A stretch of DNA of 64,000 bases. Source: an uncultured Planctomycetota bacterium (GTDB lineage: Bacteria; Planctomycetota; Planctomycetia; Isosphaerales; Isosphaeraceae). This document shows positions 18,527-31,256 of the stretch, piece by piece. The translations under genes were made by a program, and so were the position numbers. The stretch lies in NCBI GenBank assembly GCA_963737655.1, contig CAVTTN010000002.1, positions 2,752,001-2,816,000 of the forward strand, read 5' to 3'. A model generated the notes under the pieces. The model was not told where the DNA came from. It saw only the letters and a list, made by a program, of their open reading frames with translations, and did not search any database. The first letter of the stretch is position 1, and every line of letters begins with the position of its first letter.

Positions 18527-20738
18527 ATGGACGACTCACCGTCGGGACGCGAGGGACGGCTCGGCGGGCGAGCGATGATCGCGGCCGTCCTGATCCAGGC
18601 GGCGGCCCTGGTCGCGGCGACCTGGCCCTATGCCGAGACCCTCGCCACGCGCCTCCCCTCGCTCGGCGACCCGACGATCCATCTCTGGACGATGCGATGG
18701 TACAGGCAATGCCTCGTCTCGGGCCGATCGCCGATGCTCAGCCCCGGCGTGCAGTACCCGTTCGGCGTGAGCCTCGGGCACGTCCCGCCGATGCACCTCC
18801 AGACGATCGCGTACCTCGGCCTGTCCTCGTTCCTCGCCAATGACGTCCTGATTTATAATTTGATCTGGTTCGGATCGTTGCTGATCACCGGCCTGGGTTC
18901 GACGGTCCTGGCGTTCCACGTCTCCCGGCATCGGGCGGCGTCGGTCGTGACCGGGACGTTGGCCATGCTCTCGGGGCCGATCGTCCTCCATGCGTTCGGC
19001 CAGCTCGAACAAACCTTGCTCGGGTTCGTGGCCCTGTTCCTCGTGGCGTGGACGCGGTTCGTCGATGCGCCCGATCGCAAGAGGCTGGCGGCGGCGGTCG
19101 GGACGTACCTGCTCTCGGCGATGAGCGCACCGTATTTCGGAGTGCTGGCGGCGTTTCCGGCGGTGTTATACGTCGTGTGGCGAGCGATCGGGGCGGGCCG
19201 GGCGGGAATCGGCGGATGGCTGAGGTCGCGGCTGGGTCCGTTCTCGGCGTTTTGCGGGCTGGTCGTGCCGGCGATGGCGATCCTGTTCTTGCCGCAGGCC
19301 TGGGCGGCGAGGTCGGGCGGGATGGTCCGGGCCCGATCGGAGTTCGACGCCTGGGTGCGCGCCTCCGTGGAGCTATTTCTTCCCGACGAACTGGCATCGG
19401 CTCTCGCCGTTGTGGCCGTTCGACCTGTACGCGGCGACCGGCGTCCAGCCGACTCAGGTGGAGCGCGCCTCGTATCTCGGGATCGTCACCCTCGGCTTGC
19501 TCTTCCTGGCCGCGATGCTCGCGCCGAAGGCCGTGAAGTCGCGCCAGGGCTTCTGGTGGGCGGCCCTGGCGATGCTGGCGGTCCTCTCGCTCGGGTCGTT
19601 CGGCTGGATCGGCCCGAAGCGGGTGGAGCTGCCGTCGGGATGGCTCTGGAAGGTGTTCCCGCCGTTCCGACTGCTGAGAGTTCCCGCGAGGTTCAACCTG
19701 TTCGTGGCGGTCGTCGCGGCCGGGCCGGCGGCGGTCGGTTTGCGGGAAGCCCTGGCGAGGGTCGATCGGCGGGCGTTGCGGCCGTTGCTGCTCGCGGGAG
19801 TGCTCGCCCTGGGCGTCCTGGACCTCTCGATCTCCGGCTTCCCGAGCGCCCCTCTGCCGCCGATGCCGACGGTTTACGGGACGATCCTCCGCGATCATCC
19901 CAACGCCTCGTTCGTCGAGATCCCCAGCTTCCCCTCGGGCTCGAACGCCTGCGCCGTGAGGGGCTACTGGCAATCGATCCACGGCGGCAAGACCACGAGC
20001 GGCTCTTCGGCCCATCCCAACATCGAATTCGATTCGCAGGTCGTCTACGCCTCGCCGTTCGGATTCCCCACGATCGTGGATCCGCTCTATCTCCAGGCCC
20101 CGAGATCGACGATCGACCTGGCCGACGACGCGGATTTCCTCGACGTCGCCTGGCTGTTCCTGACGGCCCGCCAGCTCGATTACGCGATCGTCCACCGGGG
20201 CGGAGGGTCGTCTCCGATGGTGCCCGAGGTCGTCCTCGACCGGATCCGGGCGAGGCTCTCGCCGGCGCTCGTGGTCGATGACGGGCTCGCGTCGGTTTAT
20301 TCACGAGAGAAGATCCCGGCGCCGAAACGGCCGGTCGCGATGGCCGAGGACGGCTGGCGGTTGTCGTGGCGAGGCCGGTTCGACCGCGTGATGAGGCGGT
20401 CGGCCGGGCTCGTGGCGTTCGTCCCCGAGGGGACCGGACCGGTCCGCGTCCGAATTGAGGCGATGGCGCTCCGTCGCGATCGAAACATCCGGTTGATGGA
20501 CGGTCCTCGGGAAATCGCGCGGTGGACGGTCCGGCCCGGCGCCTTCTCGTCCCAGGAATCGCCGCCCCTGATCCTGCCGGCGGGCCTGGTCCGGCTCCGC
20601 CTCGAAGCCGACGGCGAGGACCGGCCGAGCAACCGCATCGAGGCCGCCACGCAGTGGGACCGCGAGCCGTACAGCATGCATGTGAACACGTTTGCGATCG
20701 TCCCCGAGGGCGGGGCCGCGAAGCTCGCCCGGAAATAA
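18527..20738 (+). CDS. Large multi-pass membrane protein (YfhO/GT-C-like), frameshift near 19355
   Basis: GDP..HLW..W...QYPFG N-terminal loop; frame repair gives EFDAW-APPWSYFFPT, matching the downstream paralog; RVPARFNLF, GYWQSIH. Confidence 0.7.
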
Positions 20739-20754
20739 CATCGGAGGGCCGAGG

Positions 20755-22989
20755 ATGGCCGTCGCGATCGAGAACGAGCCGGCTCGGCTGGGGTGGAAAA
20801 CGGTCGTCGTCGCGACGCTGTTCTACTCGGCGTGCGTCGCCGTGGCGACGTTCCCGGTCGTCGCCAACTTCCGCTCGGCGCTGGCCGGGTCGTTATTCGA
20901 CCCGCTTCAGCACCTCTGGATCATGAAATGGTATCGGTCGTGCTTGCTGGAGGGCCGGTCCCCGCTGATCTGCCGGGAGCTCCAGTACCCGATCGGCGCC
21001 CCGATCGGCAACTTCTCGCCGTTGCATTTCCAGGCGATGCTGTTCCTGGCGCTTTCGACGGTCATCCGCGATGACGTCACCCTGTTCAACACGATCTGGC
21101 TGTTCGGGATGGTCACGACCGGCCTGGGGACGATGGTCCTGGCGTTCGGCGCGGTCCGCGACCGGGCGTGCTCGGTGTTCGCCGGGATGCTCGCGATGCT
21201 CTCGGCGCCGATGATGCTCCACGGCCGGGCCCACCTCGAATTGATCCATCTCGGGTGTTTCCCGCTGTTCCTGGCGGGCTGGATGCGGTTCGTGGACCGC
21301 CCGTCTCGCGGCCGATTGGCCTCGGCGATCGGGCTCTATCTGCTCGCCACCCTCTGCGCGGCGTATTACGCCGTGTTCGCGGCGATCCCGGCGAGCCTGT
21401 ACGTCGTCTGGAAGTCGCGGGAGGACGAACGCGGGCTGTGGCGGGGGTTGGCCTCGCGGATGAAGTGGCTGGCGGCGTTCGCCGGGGTCGTCGTGCCGGT
21501 GATGGTCGGGTTGTTCTGGACGCAAATCTGGTCGATCGCCCGGGGCTTCTCCTCGTCGCGGTCGATCGCCGAGTTCGACGCCTACAGCGCCCCTCCGTGG
21601 ACGTTCTTCACGCCGACCTCGGCGCATCGGGTCTCGTCGCTCCTGCCGGCCGACCTCTACCACGCGGCCGGTTACTCGCAGACCGTGGGCGAGCGGGCGT
21701 CTTATCTCGGGATCGTCACGATCGCCCTGGCGATCTACGCGGCGAGGACCCGGGCGACGTTCCGCAGGTCGGGCTTCCTGTGGGCCACGTTGGCCGTGAT
21801 GGTGATCCTGGCCTGGGGCGGCGTGTTCCGCGTCGGCGACGCGGAGATCCTGATGCCCGCCGGGATCATGAAACGATATTTCCCGCTGTTCTCGATGATC
21901 CGCGTCCCCTCGCGGTTCAACCTGTTCGTGGCGGTGGTGGCAGCGGTGATCGCGGCGGCCGGATTGAAGCGATTGCTGGGACGAATCCCCGGCCGGGGGC
22001 TTCGGGGCGTCGCGTTCGCCTCGCTGGCCCTCGCGGCGATGGCCGACCTCCACACCGGCAAGTTCGACGGCGCCCCGATCCCCGCCATGCCCGTCTGCTA
22101 CGGCGAGATCCTCCGCAGGGACCCGCACGCCACGTTCCTCGAGCTGCCGCAATACGGCCATGGAGGCGATTATCTCTCCTCCGTGGCCGGCTACTGGCAG
22201 TCGATCCATCGGGCCCGCACCAGCGCCGGCTATAGCGGGAGCGTGAACCTGAAATATGACGATCGCGCGATCGGCGACACCCCGTTCCGCGACGAGGTCC
22301 TGCGCGACCCGGACTCGGCGTCCGGGCGAACGCGGATCGGGATCGTCGAGGACGTGACGGACCTCGAATATACGTATCTCTACCTCGCCGCCAACGATTA
22401 TCGCTACGTGATCCTGCATCGATGGGAAGGGTCGTCGAACACGCCCAGGGCGCTGCTCGACCGGATCGCCGCGAGGCTCGCGCCGGGGAAGGTCTTCGAG
22501 GATTCGGCGACGCTCGTCTTCGATCGCGAGAAGCTGCCCAGGCCCGGGCGCGCGGCGGCGATCACGGCCGACGGCTGGCGTCCGGCGTGGGCCGACGGGC
22601 CGATCCGGGCCGTGGGGCGATCGGGGCGGATCGTCGTGTACAACCCCGACGCGACGAAGCCCGTCGAGATCGCGCTCGATGCCTCGGCGGCGCCCAACGG
22701 GAGGCCCCGCGAGGTGCGGCTCCTCGACGGAGGTCGGGAGCTCGCAAGGTGGACCGTCGCGCCGGGCCGCCGGATGAAGCGGCTGGTGACGCCCCCTCTG
22801 AACCTCCCCGAAGGGCTCACCGACCTGTTCCTCGAAAGCGACGCCGAGGCCCGCCCGAGGAGGCCGGAAGAGAACGCCTCGAAGGAGGACGCCCGGCCGT
22901 TCAGCCTCCGGGTGGCGACGGTGAAGGTCGAGGCCGCTCCCGGGACGCTCGCCGGCCGACCGGGGCCGGGTTCGTCGCGGACGAGGTAG
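20755..22989 (+). CDS. Large multi-pass membrane protein (YfhO/GT-C-like), tandem paralog of the upstream gene
   Basis: DPLQHLWIMKWY, QYPIG, ERASYLGIVT, RVPSRFNLFVAVV, GYWQSIH shared with 18527..20738. Confidence 0.75.
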   Translation: MAVAIENEPARLGWKTVVVATLFYSACVAVATFPVVANFRSALAGSLFDPLQHLWIMKWYRSCLLEGRSPLICRELQYPIGAPIGNFSPLHFQAMLFLALSTVIRDDVTLFNTIWLFGMVTTGLGTMVLAFGAVRDRACSVFAGMLAMLSAPMMLHGRAHLELIHLGCFPLFLAGWMRFVDRPSRGRLASAIGLYLLATLCAAYYAVFAAIPASLYVVWKSREDERGLWRGLASRMKWLAAFAGVVVPVMVGLFWTQIWSIARGFSSSRSIAEFDAYSAPPWTFFTPTSAHRVSSLLPADLYHAAGYSQTVGERASYLGIVTIALAIYAARTRATFRRSGFLWATLAVMVILAWGGVFRVGDAEILMPAGIMKRYFPLFSMIRVPSRFNLFVAVVAAVIAAAGLKRLLGRIPGRGLRGVAFASLALAAMADLHTGKFDGAPIPAMPVCYGEILRRDPHATFLELPQYGHGGDYLSSVAGYWQSIHRARTSAGYSGSVNLKYDDRAIGDTPFRDEVLRDPDSASGRTRIGIVEDVTDLEYTYLYLAANDYRYVILHRWEGSSNTPRALLDRIAARLAPGKVFEDSATLVFDREKLPRPGRAAAITADGWRPAWADGPIRAVGRSGRIVVYNPDATKPVEIALDASAAPNGRPREVRLLDGGRELARWTVAPGRRMKRLVTPPLNLPEGLTDLFLESDAEARPRRPEENASKEDARPFSLRVATVKVEAAPGTLAGRPGPGSSRTR

Positions 22990-23003
22990 AAGTCCCTCAG
23001 ACC

Positions 23004-23096
23004 CGGGTGGCATGCTCACGTCCTCGTGAGCATGTCTTCCGGCTCGGACACGACGGATCGGAAGACATGCTCACGAAGACGTGAGCATGCCACCCG
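23004..23096. repeat. GGTGGCATGCTCACG-type palindromic REP doublet, copy 2 (between convergent genes)
   Basis: cgggtggcatgctcacg...cgtgagcatgccacccg perfect outer inverted repeat. Confidence 0.9.
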
Positions 23097-23137
23097 ATTT
23101 CACGAGGCACGGGCCTCGGCGGATCAAACGGGATCGG

Positions 23138-24846
23138 TCACTGGCCGATCTTGCCCTGCATGCCCTGGAGCATCGGGACGAGGCCCTTCTCGATCACCGG
23201 GCCGACGGGGCTGGGGATGATGAAGGTGAAGTCGTAGCCCTTCGGCGAGGCGACCAGGGCGCCTCCGAAGAGGGCCGGGGCCTTGGGCATGTCGGCCGGG
23301 AGCGTGGCCGGCGAGCCGGTCATGGCGCCGACCTGGGTGCCGACCTGCTTGACCAGCCCCTGGGCGCTGACGAGGAAAATCGCCGAGGCCTTCTTGGGCA
23401 GGCTCTTGCGCAGGGCCTGGAACCCGGCCGAGGCGCCGATGGCGTTGGTGCCCGAGAGCACGGCGTCGATCTGGGCCTTGGCGGCGTCGAAGTCCTTCGC
23501 CGTCACGGTGATCAGCGTCTTGCCGTCGGTGCCGACGAAGCTGGTCACGCTGTCGCCGCCGAGCATCTTCTTCATGGCGTCCACGCCGCCGGGCATGGCC
23601 GGGGTCACCATCTTCTCCAGGTCGAAGGTCATCTTGGCCCGGGCGAAGCTGAATCCCTTGTAGGTCTCGGCCTTGGGCTCGACGGAAACGTCCTTGATGA
23701 ACCCTCCGCCGGCCTTCATGGACTTCAGCGCGTCGATCCCGGCGGCCAGGGCCTTCTGCGGGTCCTTGGGGACGGTCAGGGTCAGGTTGGAGGTCTGGCC
23801 GGTGGAGACGGTGTACATCTCATCGCCGCCGGCCTCGCGGGCGGCGGCCATCGCCTTCTCCAGCTCGGCCGAGGGCTTGCCTCCGGCCACGATCGACATC
23901 CCGAGCTTCTGGAAGCCGGCCAGGGCCTCGGGCGAGAGGTCCATGTAGGCGTAGGTCGTGCCGTCGGCCGGGAGCTTTTCCAGGAGCTCGCCGGTGCCGG
24001 TCCGGGCCGAGGCCAGCCTCTTGGCCGTGGCCGAGCCGGGCTTGACGGTCGCCCCGCCCGAGACGGTCAGGGCCCCGGGGGCGAACTCGAAGCTCAGGGC
24101 CAGCGAGTCCCCTTCCTTGATCGCGTCGAACATCTTGCCGTACAGGCCCTTGATCGCGTCCATCATCCCGCCGCCCATCTGCGCCCGACCTGGTCCATCG
24201 CGGCGAGGAACTGCTCCTTCATCGCGGCGATCTGGTCGCCGTACTGGTCCTGGACGGCCGCGATGCTCACGTACACGCCCAGGTCGCCGGAGAACAGCTT
24301 CGCCTTGATCTCGGTCGAGAGCTTCTCGTCGAGCGAGGCCGACGGCTTGATCATCGCCTTGATGATCCCCTCGTCCATGCCGACGGCGACGAACCCGCTG
24401 CCCTTCAGCGAGTAGAACGGCTGGCCGCCGGGGCCGTCGAACGAATCGTACCCGCCCAGCGACTTCGGCTTGAGGTCCGGCTTCTGCGCGATCCCCTTGA
24501 GCAGGCCGAGATAGTCGGTCGATCGGATCAGGACCGCGAAGGCCGGCGCCTCGCCGGGCTTCGGCAGCTTCATCACGGCGAGGACCGGGTTGGAAACGAT
24601 CTCCTTGCCGTGATTGGTCGTCAGGGCGTTCAGGCCCGCTTCCATCTGCGGCCCGGCCATCGCCGCCGCGTTGCCGCTCATCTTCTGGAGCATGCCGAGC
24701 AGGTCGTCCCGGACGGTCTCCAGCGCCTTGGCATGGACGACCACCTGGACATCCGCCGGGACCGACTTCAGCCAGGCGGCCTCCGCCGAGGCGGGCGCCT
24801 GCCCCATGGCCGTCGCCAAACAAAGCGACACGAAGCAAGACAGCAT
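23138..24846 (-). CDS. Secreted hypothetical protein (about 570 aa), frameshift near 24185
   Basis: Signal peptide MLSCFVSLCLATAMGQA; strongly biased codons; two ORFs join as MDQVG-AQMGGG if one G is restored. Confidence 0.75.
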
Positions 24847-25755
24847 CGAAAATCCTCCCCAGACCCCGTTCCGGACCGAAGCCGCGGCCGGAGCACGATC
24901 GCCGGCCCCGCGGTCGGGAAGGCGCCAAGGCTAACCGACGGGCCCTTCCGACCGCAAGCGGTGGGCCGTGGGGCCAGGGCCGTTTCCCCCTCCGGGGCTC
25001 GGCCGGAACCGTCCCGCGAGGCACGGGTTCCGACGTCGAAACCCTTGGGCGGTCCCTCGGGGCTTCCGACGCCGGACCCCGTGCCTCGCGGGACGCTTCC
25101 GAAGGAATCTCCGGCCGCGACCCGGCCCCGGTCATGCTCGCTGGACGACCGGGAACAATGGGCGATCTGCGTCGATTTTCGGGTTCGGAACTGAGAAATG
25201 CATTTTCATGCAAATCGGCAGGTCTTGGAAAAATCAAATGCCTGCAATCGTCAATCGGAGGGAAGTTGACTACACTTTTTGTCCGATTTGCGCGAAAAGG
25301 CCGGTAATCAGGCTGGATTCGCGTGCGCAGTCACTCGTGCGCGAGCAGGAGTCCTCACGTCGGCAATGTTTTGATTGAAAATTGCAACACCCCTCCTGCT
25401 CAGGGGATGCGGCGAGTCGTCCTGCGCCCCTTTTGGGGGCGATCGGGCCAAAATCCCCGGACACTTCGGGCGCCGAAGATTCATCCACGATTTCACAATC
25501 GATTGCGTGAATTTTTGAGGATTCGGATCATGGGACCGTCGCGGCCGACGGATTGGGTGATCGTCGGGGGCCTCGGTCGCGATGATCCCGGAACAGGGCT
25601 GGGCGTCGGAGCCTCCTCGGGGGCTCGGCCCGGCCCCTCGCGGTTTTCCCGGATCGATCGAGTGCGAGGCCCCTGGCCGTGGACCCATGATCATGAGCGT
25701 CGTTGATGCCCGAAACGCCCCGCCTTTCCCCGCCCGGCCCGAGGCCCGGGGCGTC

Positions 25756-26788
<1,033 letters not shown>

Positions 26789-27012
26789 GAGGGCGGGTTC
26801 CGGGGGGATTGGATCGGTTGCAAGGGACGGTCATTGTAGGGCAGAGCAGGCGAGACCGGGAGAGGCGGGCGGTCCGAGGCGCCGGACGGTTCCGGGTCTC
26901 AAGGCGGGTCGCGAGCGCCTCCGATAAGACGGGAGACGAGACCCCCGAGCGACCCGGCCCAGCGGCCGGACGCCGTCGAGTCGAGGGCCTTCGGGACGAG
27001 AAAGGGATCGCG

Positions 27013-28169
27013 ATGGACCGTTTGCCCCCCCGGACCGGGTCCGAAGACGCCTTGTTGCCCAGCCGGAGCCGGGCCCTGGACCTCTGCCGGACGGCCCTGC
27101 CGAACGGCCCGGTCCTGCTGACCGGCGCCCGGGCTCGGGCAAGACGCGGATCGCCCGGGCCCTGGCCGAGTCCGGGCCGTGGGACCCCCTGGCGATCGAC
27201 GCCGCCCCGGGGATGGGCTCGGAGGAATTCCTCGCCGCCCTGTTGCTGGGCCTGGGGATCGGCCTGGACGAGCTCCCGAGGTCGGCCGTGGCGGCCCGGA
27301 GGATCCTCGGTTCGGCCCTGGCCGAACGTTCGGCCGACGGCCCGGGGGTCGTCCTGATCCTGGATGAGGCCCACCTCGCCCCGGCCGAGATGCTGGAGGA
27401 GGTCCGGCTCCTGTCCAATGGCCTGGGACGGCCCGACGGCTTCGCGGCGATCCTGGTCCTCGGCCAGACCGGCCTGGCCACGCGGATCGAGTCGCGGGCG
27501 CTCGCCCCTCTCGGCTCCCGGATCGCGGCGAGGCTCCATCTCCGGCCGCTCGATGCCGACGAGGCCCGCGATCTCCTGGCGACGGCCCGGCCCGGCCGGG
27601 ACTGGTCGCGAGCCGAGGCCGATTCGCTCCAGATGGCCAGCCGGGGCAACGCCCGAGGGCTGCTCCTCCGGGCCGATTCCGCCTCCGGGCCAGTTCGCGG
27701 GCCGGTCTCGGCGTTGCCGGCCTCGACCCCGACCCCGACCCCGGTCGAGGACCTCGAGGACCGCCGCCCGGCGATGGTCCCGACGAAGCCGCCCTTGCGC
27801 GTCGAGGATGGCCTGATCGAGGTCGGCTGGGATTCCGGGGCCGAGGACGAGCCCGCGCCGCCCCCGCCCCGGACTCGTCAGGTCGAAGCCCCGGCCCTGG
27901 CGATCGCCGACGAACCGGGCCCGGAGCCGATCGAGGACCATTACGCGGCCCTCCAGGCGTGGGAGGAATGGGCGAGGAACCAGGGGCGAATCCCCGAGGC
28001 CATCGCCCCGGCGTCCGAGCCGGACTGGGCCGACCCGGACGAGGAGGCGCCCGAGGCCGACGCCGATCCGACCCGAGAGGTCTGGTCCGAAGGCGAACAT
28101 CGGTTCGCCCCCTACGGCCAGCTCTTCGCCCGGCTCCGCGAGTCGAAGGATTCCCAGCAGGGTGCTTGA
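27013..28169 (+). CDS. ExeA/GspA-like AAA ATPase with acidic Pro-rich C-terminus, frameshift near 27130
   Basis: Restoring one C gives Walker A LLTGAPGSGKT; Walker B LILDEAHL; LEEVRLL, LVLGQ, RIAARLHLRPL, SRGNAR are ExeA-like. Confidence 0.78.
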
Positions 28170-28701
28170 CTTGCGCCAATATTTACCTGGGACATCGACC
28201 GAAAGGCCGACCCTCGCCCGACGAGCGATCCCGGGTCGGGGCCGGCGCCTGTCATGGCTGGGAAAATCCGTCGCTTGCCTGGATCGCGCCGTCAAATCCC
28301 CCGGAATCCGCGAAAAATACATTGCGGAGAGCCGATCGGGGGAGCCGAATGAGGAAGGTAGTGGCCCGCGGTGATCCCTCACGGGATGCCCGGGGGTCGC
28401 CGCCGTTGCCGACGATGGGCAGGTGCCGCCGCGTTCCGTTCTGGTGCTCCCAGAGTCCCTTCTTTCCCGGGAAGGGCCGAAGACGGCGGTGGCCCTCGAC
28501 TCGCCTTCCCCTCGGGGATCGCGGGCCGGCGCCCCCGAAAGGGGCGGCACCTGCTCCTCCCTCCTCTCTTGTGATTCCTCTCTCCGCGCCCCCTGGCCAC
28601 GTCTTCATCTTGGCGCGAATCGGCCGGTGGGTTACAAGGAAGGCCGTCGCGGCGATTGGACGAACCGCGACGAGTCGTGCCTGGCCGAGAGTGCGCACCT
28701 C

Positions 28702-29505
28702 GTGGCTACTCAAACCTTCGCCTCGCCCAAAGTGGCCCTCGCCCCACCCGCCACCCCCCGCCTCCTGGTCTCCCTCGCCACCTTCAACGAGGCCGAGAAC
28801 CTTCGCGGGCTGGCGACGGAAATCCTCCAGTTCGCCCCTCACGCCTCGATCCTCGTGATCGACGACAACTCGCCGGACGGAACCGGGGAGATCGCCGACG
28901 CGATGAGGGCCGAGAACCCGGCGATCCACGTGATCCACCGGCCCGGCAAGCTCGGGCTGGGCACCGCCCTGCTCGCGGCGATCCGGTTCGCCATCGACCA
29001 CGGGTACGACTACCTCCTCAACATGGATGCCGACGGCAGCCATCCGCCACGATTCATCCCCGCCTTGCTGGAGGGGATGCGCGATCGCGACGTGATGATC
29101 GGCTCGCGGTACGTCCCCGGAGGGGGCGTCGAGGGGGAGTTCAACCTCAAGCGGAAATTCATGAGCACCGGGATCAATCTCTACGCCCGGATGTTCCTCG
29201 GCCTCAAGACCAAGGACAACAGCGGCTCGTTCCGCTGCTACCGGGTCGCCAAGCTCGCCCAGATCGACCCCGAGCGGGTGCGGTCCCGGGGGTACTCCTT
29301 CATGGAGGAGATCCTCTTCTGGTGCAGGCAAGTCGGCTGCTCGTTCGGGGAGACGCCGATCCTGTTCGAGAACCGCCGGGCCGGCCTGTCGAAGATCAAC
29401 AAGGCCGAGGCGGTCAAGGCCCTGCAAATCATCGCCGAGCTCGGCGTGGCCCGCGCCCTGGGCACCGTGAACAAGCCCCATTTCGGCCGGCGAAAACGCG
29501 ACTGA
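28702..29505 (+). CDS. Polyprenol monophosphomannose synthase (Ppm1/Dpm1-like GT2)
   Basis: ATFNEAENL, IDDNSPDGTG, KLGLGTA, MDADGSH, IGSRYVPGG, GYSFMEE. Confidence 0.9.
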   Translation: MATQTFASPKVALAPPATPRLLVSLATFNEAENLRGLATEILQFAPHASILVIDDNSPDGTGEIADAMRAENPAIHVIHRPGKLGLGTALLAAIRFAIDHGYDYLLNMDADGSHPPRFIPALLEGMRDRDVMIGSRYVPGGGVEGEFNLKRKFMSTGINLYARMFLGLKTKDNSGSFRCYRVAKLAQIDPERVRSRGYSFMEEILFWCRQVGCSFGETPILFENRRAGLSKINKAEAVKALQIIAELGVARALGTVNKPHFGRRKRD

Positions 29506-30848
29506 TCAGGGTTGAGGACTCGATCGACGGGCGGCCGGTCCGGACGAGGTTCTGGGCCTCGGTCGATGGGGCCGAGGTCCGTCCGTTCCAGGATCGGCGG
29601 TGACGGTGAGCACGTCGAGGATCGTCGGCGCGCGGTCCGGTTGGCGAATGTCCCGTGGCATTCGACCACCCGCTCGGCGTACTCGTCGTGGCTCCCCTTG
29701 AGGAGTCGGTGGAGCTCCCGGAGCCGATAGTGCGGGATCGCCGGGAAGAGGTGATGCGGGACGTGCATCCCCTGGCCGTGGACGAACACCGCCCATCGCG
29801 TCACCGGGTCGCAAAAAAAGACGCGAGAGTTCGTCAGCCGGCCCTCGTCGGCGTTGGTGTGCTGATAAATGTCCCTCAGCAGCATGAAAAACATGAACGA
29901 GGAGCCGATCGGGGCGATCCACAGCAGCCAGAAGTAGGCGACCGATCGGCCGTCGGTGGCCGCTCGGAGGTACGCAAGTGCCACGAGCAGAACCGTATAG
30001 AACGAGAGCCTCAGGGCCGCCGCGAACCGGGGCGAGTACGGATGGCGGAACGGCGAGACGAAAACCCATCGCTCCGGCAGCCCGAACGCCCCGGCCAGGG
30101 CCACACCCAGGCCGATGCCCGCCCAGGGCAGGATCCCGTCGGTCCGGCCCGCCGCGAAGAGCCGCCAGAACACGGCGTTCAGGGCGAGCAAATACCCGAT
30201 CGCCAGGAACGTCCCGACCCGGGGCAGCCGGGAATCGGCGTCCCCGCCGGGCGTCTGCCTCATGTAGACGTTGCCTCCCTTGCCGAACGTGTTCACCGAC
30301 AGGTATTCGGCCTGGTATCGGAGGAACGAGATCGGCCGGAGCAGGACCCGGAAATAGACCGTCAGGACGGTCCTCAGCCGGGGCATCGGGAAATCCTGCA
30401 ACCTCTTGCCGGGCCCGAGGTTGAGGATATCCGGGTCGCGGTGGCTGTCATTCGTGAACTGATGATGGGCGAGGTGGAAGATGCGGTAAAAATGCGTCGT
30501 GGAGAAGATGGGGTACATGCAGAGGAGATCGCCGACCAGGTCGTTCGCGATCCGGTCCCTCATCAGGCTGAAATGGCTCGCTTCATGGCCGAGCCCGGCC
30601 AGGCGATGCTGGAGGCCGCCGATCACCGCGATCGCGAGGGCGAAAACCGGCACGTTCCAGCCCCACGAGACCCCCCAAATCGCCCGATTTTCCGCGAACA
30701 GGACCGCCCCGGCGATCGTGACCGCCAGGCAGAACCAGTCCAGGGCGAGATAGCCGAGGTTCGTGACGTTGTCCGGCCTCCTCAGCCGGTTCAACTCGCG
30801 GACCAGCCGAGGATCGTCGAATCGAGGACCGGGGGGCTTCGAGGACAT
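29506..30848 (-). CDS. Membrane fatty acid desaturase family protein (C-terminal frameshift near 29640)
   Basis: His boxes HEASH, HLAHH, QH, HVPHH; the likely true end PTILDVL...* is in the adjacent frame. Confidence 0.85.
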
Positions 30849-31256
30849 TGCGGAGAGGCCTCAACGCCATCGTGAGTGGGGGGCCAGGGAAAAGGGGTGG
30901 CCGGTTGCGCGGCGAGGACGCGTTCCTCATTCCGATCCGCGGAATCGGCGTTTTCTTTTCCCTGGATCGTTCGCTCGACCCGTTCGTATCGGGACGTTTG
31001 ACGTCCTTCCATTCGACGCCCCGGGGCCGGTCGCCTGAAGAATTCCGCCGAGACGGGCGATCGAAGGGGCTCGCCTTCCTCGATAAGATAAATTGTCGCC
31101 TCGACTCGGGGACGAGTCCGGGGCCTTTCGACCGCACCGAGGGCTGAAGGAGGCGGGAGGCGAGCCGGGCGGTCCGGTTCCTCCGGGGTGGGCGATTATG
31201 CTATCCTGGACCGGAACGACCGCCGGGCAGACGTCACCGATCGAGATCCCGTGCCG

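Noticed and set aside
29238..29505. Long overlap of the desaturase with the Ppm1-like gene
   Set aside because: Better explained by a frameshift near 29640; the alternative frame ends at 29506, directly abutting the convergent gene
30850..31256. CIRCE element upstream of dnaJ
   Set aside because: No TTAGCACTC-N9-GAGTGCTAA match seen
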